A stretch of DNA of 49,380 nt from assembly GCA_025934335.1 (NCBI GenBank), contig JAICYG010000001.1:1-49380 (forward strand). Reading direction: 5' to 3'. The stretch comes from Thermoleophilia bacterium. Its GTDB lineage: Bacteria > Actinomycetota > Thermoleophilia > Gaiellales > Gaiellaceae. The position numbers were made by a program, and so were the translations under genes. The notes below the pieces were generated by a model, which was given only the letters and a program-made list of their open reading frames with translations, searched no databases and was not told where the DNA came from. How positions within the stretch are numbered: position 1 is the first letter of the stretch; each line of letters starts with the position of its first letter. This document shows positions 1 through 8,225 of the stretch, one piece after another.

Positions 1-1
1 T

Positions 2-337
2 GCCGAGGCGGAGGCGCCGAACGAGTGCTGCGGGCTCGTGCTGCTGCGCGACGGCGTCGCCGGCGACTACATCCGCGGCGTGAACAAGCTCGCATCGCCG
101 TACCGCTACGAGCTGTACATCGACCCGGTCGTGTGGTCGGAACTCGACGACGACCTCGAGCAGGTGATCTTCCACTCGCATCCCGAGACGGAGCCGCGCC
201 CCTCGCGCACCGACCGCGAGCTCGCGGGCCTGTGGGCGGGGAAGCCGTTCCTGATCTACGGCCTCGCCCGCGACGAGCTGCGCGCCTGGCGCTTCTCCCG
301 CGACGAGGTCGAGGAGCTCCCGCTGGACGAGAGGTGA
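2..337 (+). CDS. JAMM/MPN+ (Mov34) metalloprotease, Mec/CysO-peptidase-like; 5' end cut by the window
   Basis: The frame is open from nt 2. The translation AEAEAPNECCGLVLLRDG...IFHSHPETEPRPSRTDRE carries the JAMM signature (E-x2-CG, then H-x-H-x7-S-x2-D). Stop is at 335-337. Confidence 0.8.
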   Translation, partial: AEAEAPNECCGLVLLRDGVAGDYIRGVNKLASPYRYELYIDPVVWSELDDDLEQVIFHSHPETEPRPSRTDRELAGLWAGKPFLIYGLARDELRAWRFSRDEVEELPLDER

Positions 338-359
338 GGCGCGCGCGAGACTCCTACGG

Positions 360-3140
360 GTGCAAGACGAGGCGCTGCTCGCACGCGAGCCCGAGCTCGA
401 GGAGATCGAGAGCTTCCTCGCGGACATCGTCGACGGCCCCGCCGCGCTCGTGCTCGAGGGCACGCCCGGCATCGGCAAGACGACGCTCTGGCTGGCGGCG
501 GTCGCACGGGCTCGAGAGCTCGGGCACCGCGTGCTCGCCGCTCGGCCCGCCGAGACCGAGATCGCGTTCGCGTTCGCCGCGCTCGCCGACCTCCTCGGCG
601 ACGCGTTCGCCGAGCGACGCGACGAGCTGCCTCCGCCGCAGGAGCGCGCGCTCGCCGCGGCCCTTCTGCTCGAGGATCCCGGCGACACGGCAGATGCACG
701 GACGATCGCGGCCGCAACCAGCTCGCTGCTCTCCCTCCTCGCCCGCGAGGGGCCGCTCCTCGTCGCGATCGACGACGCCCAGTGGCTCGATCCGGCCGCG
801 CGGCGCGCGCTCACGTTCGCGTTGCGACGGCTGGAGGGGACGGTCGGCGTCGCCGTCACGGTGCGCTCCGACGCCGGGGCCGGGGCGCCACTCGACCTTG
901 CCGACGCGCTGCCGCCGGCGCGCCTGCGAACGATCACGGTAGGGCCGCTGTCGCTCGGCACGGTGCACCACCTCGTCCACGAGCGCATCGGCATCTCGCC
1001 CCCTCGACCCGTCCTGAGCCGGCTCGTCGCCGACTCGGGCGGCAACCCGTACCACGCCCTCGAGATCGCGCGCCTCCTGGCACAAGAGCCGCCGGAGCGC
1101 CGCGTGGACGACCCGCTGCCCCTGCCGCGCACGGCGCGAGAGCTCGCAGCGGACCGGCTGGAGCCGCTCTCGCAGGCGGCGCGCGCGGCGACGCTCGCGG
1201 CCGCGGCGGCCGGCCGCCCCACGACGACGCTGCTCGCGGAGCTCCTGGGCGACGACGCCGGGACGGCGCTCGCCGAGGCGGAGGCGGCGGGCGTGCTCGT
1301 GCTCGAAGGCGAGCGGATCCGCTTCACGCACCCGCTCCTCGCTTCCGCCGCCTACGGCTCGCCACCGGCGGGCGAGCGCCGCGCGCTGCACGAGCGCCTG
1401 GCTGAGCTCAGCGACGAGCCCGAGGAGCGGGCACGTCACCTCGCGCGGAGCGGCGCCGACGTGGATTCGTCGCGCGCGGCGCTGATCGAGACGGGCGCGA
1501 CGCGTGCTTGGCGCCGCGGCGGCACGGACGCAGCGGCGGAGCTGTTCGAGGCCGCGCGCATCGTGACGCCGCCGGACGAGACCATCGCGATTGCGCGCCG
1601 GCTGCTCGGCGCGGCGACCGCCTTCAACGCGACGGGCGACTTCGCAGCCGCCCGCACCCGCGCCGAGGAGGCCCTCGCTCTCGCGCGCGACGGCACGGCT
1701 GCCGCGGACGCGCTCGTGCTGCTCGCGGGCCTCGACTGGCTCGAGGGCGCCGCCGGGTCGGCCACGCAGCGCGTCGAGGAGGCGCTCGCGCTGACCACGG
1801 GCGACCCGGCCCGGCAGGCGCCGATCTATGCGGCGTTCATCCGCTTCAACTTCGCGTACGACCTCGGACGCGCGCTCGAGTACGCCGAAGCCGCGGTCGA
1901 CCGCTTCGACGAGGCCGAGCATCCGTTGCCGCTCGCGCACGCACTCGCTGACCGCCTCTTCGCCGCCGCGCTGCGGGGCCGGCCGGTGGCGACGGACATG
2001 CTCGACCGCGCGCTGCGACTCGAGGAGCGATCGGCGTCCGAGCTGACGGGCGGGCCGCAGCCGCAGCCGATGCCGCTCATCTGGTTCCACTGCACCGACG
2101 CCTTCGAGGCTGCGCGGCGCAGGTTCGCGTGGGAGGACGCATGGCTGCGCCAGCGCGGCGAGGAGCTCTGGCGCGCGGATCGCCAGTCGCATCTCGCGGT
2201 CGCCGAGCTCCGCAGCGGCGACTGGCGTGCCGCCGAGGCGCTGACGGCGGACGCCGTGGCCGTCGCCGAGCGGTTCGACACGAGCGGCCCACGGGCGATG
2301 ATGTTCGAGAAGCGGGCGCTCGTCGACGCGTTCAGGGGACGGGCCGGCGCCGCGCGGGCGACGCTGGAGGCCCTCGTCGCGCGCTACGAGGAGGCGGGTC
2401 AGCGGTGGTGGGCGGCGCTCACGCTCTCGACGCTCGCGGTCGCCGAGCGGTTCGACGGAGACGACGCCGCTGCCGACGCCGCGCTCGCGCGGATGCGGCG
2501 GCACGCGCTCTCGGTCGGCGTCCGCGACGTGCTCTTCGACCGCAGCGAGCCCTACCGGATCGAGGCCCTCGTCGCCGCCGGCGACCTGCGAGCCGCCCGC
2601 CGCGAGCTCGGGCGGCTCGCGCGGCGCGGGCGCGTCCTGCCGCGGGCGTGGATCGCCGCCGCGCTGCCGGCAGCGACCGCGCTCGTCGCCGCGGCCGAGG
2701 AAGGACCGGCGGCCGGTCTCGCCGCCCTCTCCGACGCGGACGCGGCAGCCGCGCCGTTCGAGGCCGCCTGGGCGCTGCTCGTCCGCGGCCGCCTGCAGCG
2801 CCGCGCGAAGCAGAAGCTCGCGGCCGCCGAGACGCTGTGCGCCGCCGCGGCCCTGTTCGACGAGCTCGGCACGCCGGCGTGGGCTGCGCGGGCACACGCC
2901 GAGCTCGACCGCGTCGGGCTGCGCCGCCGGGCGCCGGGCGAGCTGACGCCGAGCGAGCAGCGCGTCGCCGAGCTCGCCGCGAGCGGCCTGACGAACCGCG
3001 AGGTGGCGGCGACCGCGTTCATGAGCGTGAAGACGGTCGAGGCGAACCTCGCCCGCGCCTACCGCAAGCTCGGGATCCGGTCCCGCGCCGAACTCGGGGC
3101 CCGCATCGCGCGAGCCGAGGGAACCTCCGCGCAAACGTAG
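360..3140 (+). CDS. LAL-type (large ATP-binding LuxR family) transcriptional regulator
   Basis: 926-aa ORF with a GTG start. It has an N-terminal Walker A (GTPGIGKTTL) and DDAQWLD, a long Ala/Leu-rich repeat middle, and a C-terminal LuxR/GerE HTH (LTPSEQRVAELAASGLTNREVAATAFMSVKTVEANLARAYRKLGI). Confidence 0.9.
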   Translation: MQDEALLAREPELEEIESFLADIVDGPAALVLEGTPGIGKTTLWLAAVARARELGHRVLAARPAETEIAFAFAALADLLGDAFAERRDELPPPQERALAAALLLEDPGDTADARTIAAATSSLLSLLAREGPLLVAIDDAQWLDPAARRALTFALRRLEGTVGVAVTVRSDAGAGAPLDLADALPPARLRTITVGPLSLGTVHHLVHERIGISPPRPVLSRLVADSGGNPYHALEIARLLAQEPPERRVDDPLPLPRTARELAADRLEPLSQAARAATLAAAAAGRPTTTLLAELLGDDAGTALAEAEAAGVLVLEGERIRFTHPLLASAAYGSPPAGERRALHERLAELSDEPEERARHLARSGADVDSSRAALIETGATRAWRRGGTDAAAELFEAARIVTPPDETIAIARRLLGAATAFNATGDFAAARTRAEEALALARDGTAAADALVLLAGLDWLEGAAGSATQRVEEALALTTGDPARQAPIYAAFIRFNFAYDLGRALEYAEAAVDRFDEAEHPLPLAHALADRLFAAALRGRPVATDMLDRALRLEERSASELTGGPQPQPMPLIWFHCTDAFEAARRRFAWEDAWLRQRGEELWRADRQSHLAVAELRSGDWRAAEALTADAVAVAERFDTSGPRAMMFEKRALVDAFRGRAGAARATLEALVARYEEAGQRWWAALTLSTLAVAERFDGDDAAADAALARMRRHALSVGVRDVLFDRSEPYRIEALVAAGDLRAARRELGRLARRGRVLPRAWIAAALPAATALVAAAEEGPAAGLAALSDADAAAAPFEAAWALLVRGRLQRRAKQKLAAAETLCAAAALFDELGTPAWAARAHAELDRVGLRRRAPGELTPSEQRVAELAASGLTNREVAATAFMSVKTVEANLARAYRKLGIRSRAELGARIARAEGTSAQT

Positions 3141-3187
3141 GGTAACGGCCGATTCCTCCGCGCCCGTGCCGCCCTACCGTCGATTGC

Positions 3188-3481
3188 GTGGCACGGAGGG
3201 ACACGATCTTCCTGGTCGAGCACTACGCACCGGGCTCCGACGTCGAGCGCCTGCGGGCGGCGGCGGCGCGCGTCCGGGCTGCGGAGCGCGGCCGCGTCAG
3301 GCTTCTCCAGGCGACGATCGTCCCCGACGACGACTCGCTCCTCTGCCTCGTCGCCGCCCCGTCGAAGTCGGTCGTCCGCACGACCTGCGAGCGCGCAGGC
3401 GTGGCGCCCGACCGGATCTCCGTCGCGGTCCCCGACCTGCCACTCGAACCTCGACCGAAGGGAGAGCACGATGGCACGTAG
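3188..3481 (+). CDS. small hypothetical protein (97 aa), possibly DUF4242-like
   Basis: GTG start, with non-shadow composition (FLVEHYAPGSDVERL...). Its 3' end overlaps the next ATG by 11 nt. The family assignment is only a weak recollection. Confidence 0.45.
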   Translation: MARRDTIFLVEHYAPGSDVERLRAAAARVRAAERGRVRLLQATIVPDDDSLLCLVAAPSKSVVRTTCERAGVAPDRISVAVPDLPLEPRPKGEHDGT

Positions 3482-3947
3482 ACGCACTCTCGCTCTGGCC
3501 CTGCTCGCGCTGGCGGTCTCGCTGGCGGCAGTGTCCGCGGCGAGCGGCAAGGGCAAGCCGACACCGCAGCTGACGGGGACGTGGCTCACGACGATCTCGC
3601 TGACGAGCCCGCCGCCCGGCGTCGAGGCGGCGTTCCAGGCGCTCGACACGTTCGTCCCCGGCGGCGGCATCCTCGTCTCGAGCTCCCAGTCGCACCCGAC
3701 CGCCCGCGGGCTCGCCCACGGCCACTGCGAGCACGGCACCGGACGCCAGTTCACCTGCACGTTCGTGTGGTTCCGCTTCGACCCGGCGGCCGGCACGTAC
3801 CTCGGGATGCAGCGGGTGCGGCGGACGATGCAGCTGTCGGCCGACGGCAGCTCGTTCCAGGCGAGCGACACCGTCGAGGTCCTGACGCCCGCGGGAGCGG
3901 TCGTCGCATCGATCCAGGGCACCGAGACCGGGCAGCGTCTTCGCTGA
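3471..3947 (+). CDS. secreted hypothetical protein (158 aa)
   Basis: ATG start and a clear signal peptide (MARRRTLALALLALAVSLAAVSAASG). The mature part is Thr/Ser/Gly-rich and beta-like. No motif recognised. Confidence 0.6.
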   Translation: MARRRTLALALLALAVSLAAVSAASGKGKPTPQLTGTWLTTISLTSPPPGVEAAFQALDTFVPGGGILVSSSQSHPTARGLAHGHCEHGTGRQFTCTFVWFRFDPAAGTYLGMQRVRRTMQLSADGSSFQASDTVEVLTPAGAVVASIQGTETGQRLR

Positions 3948-3954
3948 GGCGCCG

Positions 3955-3991
3955 CCGCTCCGGTCGCCGGTTGCGCCGGCGGCCGGAGCGG
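3955..3991 (+). terminator. GC-rich stem-loop after the secreted-protein gene (terminator-like, weak U tail)
   Basis: ccgctccggtcgccgg / ccggcggccggagcgg form a 16-bp stem (one G-U pair) with a 5-nt loop, followed only by tt. It starts 8 nt after the stop at 3947. Confidence 0.45.
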
Positions 3992-4025
3992 TTCGCGGTG
4001 CTGGCAACGCGGGTACGCAGCCTGC

Positions 4026-4400
4026 GTGCTCACCGCGCAGCAGCGGCGGTCGCTCGACCTGATCCTCGTCGTCTGGACGGCGCTCTGGATCCTCGTCGGC
4101 TTCGCGGTCTGGAGCGAGGTACGCGGGCTAAAGCCGCTCGCCGACACCGTCGCCGTCGCGGGCCGATCGCTCGACGACACGGCCGAGGCGCTCCGCGGCT
4201 TCTCCGGCATCCCGCTCGTCGGCGGGAGCCTCGAGCGCGTCGCCGCCGACGCCCACGCGACCGCGGTCAGCGCACGGGTCAGCGCGCGCCAGGGCCGTGA
4301 CAGCGTCAACCGGCTCGCGATCATCCTCGGCATCGCGGTCCCGGCGGTCGCGATCCTGCCACTCGCCCTCGCCTACGCGCTGCTCCGCCTCCGCCGGTGA
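4026..4400 (+). CDS. small two-TM membrane protein (124 aa), partner of the MMPL gene
   Basis: GTG start and two hydrophobic segments (LDLILVVWTALWILVGFAVW and LAIILGIAVPAVAILPLALAYALL). GTGA stop/start overlap with the MMPL gene at 4397-4400. Confidence 0.6.
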   Translation: MLTAQQRRSLDLILVVWTALWILVGFAVWSEVRGLKPLADTVAVAGRSLDDTAEALRGFSGIPLVGGSLERVAADAHATAVSARVSARQGRDSVNRLAIILGIAVPAVAILPLALAYALLRLRR

Positions 4401-6493
4401 CCCGCGCCGCAGCCTGGCTCGTCGCGCGCCTCGGCATCCTCGTCGTCCCGGCGTGGATCGTCGCGGCGCTTGCCGCCGCCCACTTCCTGCCCGGAATTTC
4501 CCAGAGCGGCGGCGGCGCGCTCGGCGGCCTCGTCCTGAAGCACTCGCCGGCGGTCGAGACGCAGCAGCGCGAGGCTCGCCTCTTCGGCAACACGCTCCTC
4601 ACGCGCTTCGTCGTCGTCCAGCACGCGAAGGGGCGCTTCACCGCGGCGCAGGTCAACCGCACACTCGACCTGGCGCGCCGCGTCGACCGCGGCGAGAACC
4701 ATCGGTTCCGCTACCTGCGCATCGCCGCCCCGATCGTCGACCCGCACCGCACGACCAGCGTCACGTACCTCTACTTCACGCGCGAGGCGTCGAACGACCA
4801 GGCCCTCGACGTCGCGCACGAGTACGCGAACGCACTTCGCCCACCGGGCCTCCGCGCCGGCCCGATCCTCGCCCGCGACGCCGAGTTCAGCCAGATCCAG
4901 CACTCGCTGCCGTGGGTGACCCTCGCGACCGTCGGGCTGATCGTGCTCGTGCTCGTCCTCTCCTTCCGCGCGGTCGTACCGCCGCTGCTCGTGCTCGCGA
5001 CCGCCGGGATCGCGTTCGTGATCGCCGTGCACGTGCTCGGCTGGCTGGCGGAGCGGCGGGGGCAGGCCGTGCCGAAGGAGGTCGAGCCGGTGCTCGTCGC
5101 GCTCCTGCTCGGCCTCGTCACCGACTACTCGATCTTCTTCCTCGCCGGCGCCCGGCGCCGCCTCGCCGAGGGCGCCGGGCGCATCGCCGCCGCCGACGGC
5201 TCCGCGCGCGACAACCTGCCGATCATCGTCACGGCCGGGCTGATCGTGGCGCTCGGCTCGCTCAGCCTCACCGTCGGGCATCTCGACATCTTTCGCTCGT
5301 TCGGCCCCGGAATGGCACTGACGGTCGTCGTTGCCCTCGCGGTCGCGACCACCCTCATCCCCGGTGCGCTCGCGCTGCTCGGCCCACTCGCCTTCTGGCC
5401 GACCCTCCGCCGCGAGAAGCCACCCGACGGCAACCGGTTCTGGCGGTTCGTCACGGCGCGCCCCGTCTCCGCCGTCGTCGCGATCGTGATCGTCGCAGGG
5501 CTGCTCGCCGCCGCGGCCGGGCTGCTGCAGACGCGGCTCGGGTTCACGATCGTGCGCGGCCAGCCGGACGGTGCCGAGGTGAAGCGCGCGCAGGAGAACG
5601 TCCAGCCCGCGTTCCCGGCCGGGATCACCGCGCCGACGCTGCTGCTCCTCGGCGGGCGCGACCTCGGCAGGAAGTCGAAGGCGATCGCCGCGCTCCGCAC
5701 GGAGGTGTCTCACGTCCCCGGCGTCGCGTTCGCGCTCGCGAGCGGCGAGCTCCCGCGCGGCGTCTTCGTCTCGAAGGACGGCAGGACCGCGCGCTTCCTC
5801 GTCGTGCTACGGCCGGAGGCGCTCGACGCACGCGCGATCGACGTCCTCCGGCGACTGCGCGGCCGCATGCCGGAGCTGCTGCGGCGCGCGGGCCTCCCCC
5901 ACGCGACCGCGTCGTTCACCGGCGACACCGCGATCGCCGAGGAGACGGTGACCTCGATCCGAGGCGACGCCGCGCGCGTCGGTCTCGTCGTGCTCGCGGT
6001 GAACCTCGTGCTGCTCGCGCTCTTCCTGCGTGCGCTCTGGGCGCCGCTGTACCTGCTCGGCGCGAGCGTGCTCGCGGTCGGCGCGGCGCTCGGCCTGACG
6101 ACGTGGATCATGCAGCGCGGCCTCGGCCACGACGACGTCACGTACTACGTGCCGTTCGCCGCCTCCGTGCTGCTCCTGTCGCTCGGCTCCGACTACAACG
6201 TCTTCGTCGTCGGCCGCATCTGGCACAGCGCGCGCACGCGGCCGCTGCGCGAGGCGATCGCGATCGAGGCCCCACAAACGTCGTCCACGATCACGACGGC
6301 CGGGCTGACGCTCGCGGGCAGCTTCGCGCTGCTCGCGATCATCCCCCTGCGCCCGATGCGAGAGCTCGCGCTGGCACTCGCGCTCGGGATCCTGCTCGAC
6401 ACGTTCCTCGTGCGCAGCCTGCTCGTCCCGTCCCTGCTCGCGCTGTTCCGGCGGCGCGAGCAGGGACGCGAGTTAGACGCTACGAGACCGTGA
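4397..6493 (+). CDS. MMPL-family (RND superfamily) membrane transporter
   Basis: 698 aa in two blocks of about 6 TM, each preceded by a soluble loop. The overall architecture and sequence feel are typical of MMPL proteins. Translationally coupled to the upstream small membrane protein. Confidence 0.75.
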   Translation: MTRAAAWLVARLGILVVPAWIVAALAAAHFLPGISQSGGGALGGLVLKHSPAVETQQREARLFGNTLLTRFVVVQHAKGRFTAAQVNRTLDLARRVDRGENHRFRYLRIAAPIVDPHRTTSVTYLYFTREASNDQALDVAHEYANALRPPGLRAGPILARDAEFSQIQHSLPWVTLATVGLIVLVLVLSFRAVVPPLLVLATAGIAFVIAVHVLGWLAERRGQAVPKEVEPVLVALLLGLVTDYSIFFLAGARRRLAEGAGRIAAADGSARDNLPIIVTAGLIVALGSLSLTVGHLDIFRSFGPGMALTVVVALAVATTLIPGALALLGPLAFWPTLRREKPPDGNRFWRFVTARPVSAVVAIVIVAGLLAAAAGLLQTRLGFTIVRGQPDGAEVKRAQENVQPAFPAGITAPTLLLLGGRDLGRKSKAIAALRTEVSHVPGVAFALASGELPRGVFVSKDGRTARFLVVLRPEALDARAIDVLRRLRGRMPELLRRAGLPHATASFTGDTAIAEETVTSIRGDAARVGLVVLAVNLVLLALFLRALWAPLYLLGASVLAVGAALGLTTWIMQRGLGHDDVTYYVPFAASVLLLSLGSDYNVFVVGRIWHSARTRPLREAIAIEAPQTSSTITTAGLTLAGSFALLAIIPLRPMRELALALALGILLDTFLVRSLLVPSLLALFRRREQGRELDATRP

Positions 6494-6821
6494 ACGACCC
6501 CTTCATGATCGACTTGTGCGGGTCGCAGACGAAGGTGTACTTGCCCTTCTTCAGCTTCAGCTTCCACGTCACGTTGTAGGTCTTGCCGACCGACGTCTTC
6601 TTGTCGACGCCGGGCCCCTTCAGGTGGAAGTTGTGGATACCCGACTTGTCGGCGATCTTGAAGATGTAGGTGCCGGGCTTGAGCTTCTTCACGTTGTTCT
6701 TGCCCTGCTTGAGCGTGATCGTGAAACCAGGCCCGTCGACGCCGTTCAGCGTCGGCGTCTTGGCGAATGCCGCGGGCGCGGCGATGGCGGCGACGAGCAC
6801 CGCGAGTGCAACGAGCTTCAT
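6480..6821 (-). CDS. small secreted cupredoxin (type-1 blue copper protein, plastocyanin/amicyanin-like)
   Basis: ATG at 6821 is preceded by a GGGGGGA run. Signal peptide MKLVALAVLVAAIAAPAAFA. The ligand pattern IHNFH ... FVCDPHKSIMKG matches H ... C-x2-H-x3-M. Confidence 0.8.
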   Translation of the reverse strand: MKLVALAVLVAAIAAPAAFAKTPTLNGVDGPGFTITLKQGKNNVKKLKPGTYIFKIADKSGIHNFHLKGPGVDKKTSVGKTYNVTWKLKLKKGKYTFVCDPHKSIMKGSFTVS

Positions 6822-6876
6822 GTGGATCCCCCCGGATCGATTCGTTCCTGTTGTTTGGACAGGGTACGCTCGATTG

Positions 6877-8223
6877 GTGAGCCTGGATCGTGTCGTGCCG
6901 CACGAGGCGATCGTCGAGCCGCAGGCTCGGTACCTCGCCGACCTGATGGGGCGCGGCGTGCAGGGCACCGCGGACGCGGTGGTGCTGCCGTCGACGGTCG
7001 AGGAGGTGGCCGCAGTCGTGCGCTGGTGCTACGAGCACGACGTCGCCCTGACCGCGCGCGGCGGCGGAACGGGCCTTGCGGGCGGCGCGATCCCGGTGCA
7101 GGGCGGCATCGTGATCGGCTTCGAGCGCCTGAACGGCGTGCGGCAGTTCGATCCGCTCCTCTGGCGCATGCACGTCGAGGCGGGCGTCACGACCGCCGAC
7201 GTGCAGCGGCTCGCACGCGAGAGCGGCCTGCGCTTCCCGCCCGACCCGGGCGCGGCCGAGCTCTCGCAGATCGGCGGCAACATCGCCTGCAACGCGGGCG
7301 GGCCGCACGCGTTCAAGTACGGCGTCACCGGCCACTGGGTGACCGGGCTCGAGGCGGTGATCCCGCCGGGCGAGATCGTGCGCGTCGGCGGGCCCCTGCG
7401 GAAGGACGTCGCGGGCTACGACCTGAAGAGCCTGCTCGTCGGCTCCGAGGGGACGCTCGGGCTCGTCACCGCCGCCTGGCTGCGGCTCGTGCCCGCGCCG
7501 GAGCTCGAGCTGCCGGTCGTCGGCTTCTACCGCGACGCGGAGGCCGGCGTGTCGGCGATCGAGCGCGTGCTCGCGTCCGGCGTCGTCCCCGCGGCGGTCG
7601 AGTACCTCGACGGCGTCACGCTCCGCTTCTCGGGCGACGCGTACCCGTTCGGCGTGCCGGCAGGCGCGGCGTTCATGGTCATCACGGAGGCCGACGGCGC
7701 CGCGGCTGAGGCACAGCGCGTCGCCGGCGAGCTGCGTGAGGCGCTGGCCGACGAGGCGGTCGCGGTGCATGCGCCCGCGGAGCCGTCGGAGGTGACCGAG
7801 CTGTGGCGCTGGCGCGCCGGCGCGGCCTTCGCCATCCTCGCCCAGCGCGGCGGTGCGTACAGCGAGGACATCGCCGTCCCGCTCGACAGGCTGCGCGACG
7901 TCGCGCGCGAGACGCTCGCGATCGGCGAGCGCCACGGCGTGCCCGCGCTCTCGTTCGGCCACGCGGGCGACGGCAACATCCACTCGACGTTCCTCTTCTC
8001 GCCCGATGACCTCGACGAGGAGCAGCGCGCCGACGAGGCGTGCCACGAGCTGTTCGAGCTTGCGCTCCGACTCGGCGGCACCGTCACGGGCGAGCACGGC
8101 ATCGGCTGGCTGAAGCGCGGCCAGCTCGAGCACCAGCTCGGCCCCGTCGGCTACGACCTCCACCTGCGGATCAAGCAGGCGTTCGACCCGAAGGGCCTGT
8201 TGAACCCGGGCAAGAAGCGCTAG
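6877..8223 (+). CDS. FAD-linked oxidase (GlcD / D-lactate dehydrogenase family)
   Basis: AVVLPSTVEEVAAVVRWCYEHDVALTARGGGTGLAGGAIP is a PCMH FAD-binding motif, and the C-terminal GTVTGEHGIGWLK is typical of this family. The GTG start at 6877 was chosen by hand; the ORF is open from 6670. Confidence 0.8.
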   Translation: MSLDRVVPHEAIVEPQARYLADLMGRGVQGTADAVVLPSTVEEVAAVVRWCYEHDVALTARGGGTGLAGGAIPVQGGIVIGFERLNGVRQFDPLLWRMHVEAGVTTADVQRLARESGLRFPPDPGAAELSQIGGNIACNAGGPHAFKYGVTGHWVTGLEAVIPPGEIVRVGGPLRKDVAGYDLKSLLVGSEGTLGLVTAAWLRLVPAPELELPVVGFYRDAEAGVSAIERVLASGVVPAAVEYLDGVTLRFSGDAYPFGVPAGAAFMVITEADGAAAEAQRVAGELREALADEAVAVHAPAEPSEVTELWRWRAGAAFAILAQRGGAYSEDIAVPLDRLRDVARETLAIGERHGVPALSFGHAGDGNIHSTFLFSPDDLDEEQRADEACHELFELALRLGGTVTGEHGIGWLKRGQLEHQLGPVGYDLHLRIKQAFDPKGLLNPGKKR

Positions 8224-8225
8224 CG

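Noticed and set aside
354-3134. 926-aa minus-strand ORF mirroring the LAL regulator gene almost end to end
   Set aside because: It is low-complexity and Arg/Gly/Ala/Glu-rich, with no recognisable motif. It is a typical antisense shadow ORF of high-G+C DNA, whereas the plus-strand frame has clear Walker A and LuxR HTH motifs.
4297-6579. 760-aa plus-strand ORF out of frame with the MMPL gene (the 446-aa ORF at 4373-5713 on the minus strand is similar)
   Set aside because: The translation is Arg/Pro/Ala-rich with no TM segments or motifs. The alternative frame encodes a coherent 12-TM MMPL protein.
6193-8163. 656-aa minus-strand ORF antisense to the FAD-linked oxidase gene
   Set aside because: Shadow ORF with Arg/Ala/Glu-rich composition. 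The plus frame carries the FAD-binding and GEHGIG motifs.
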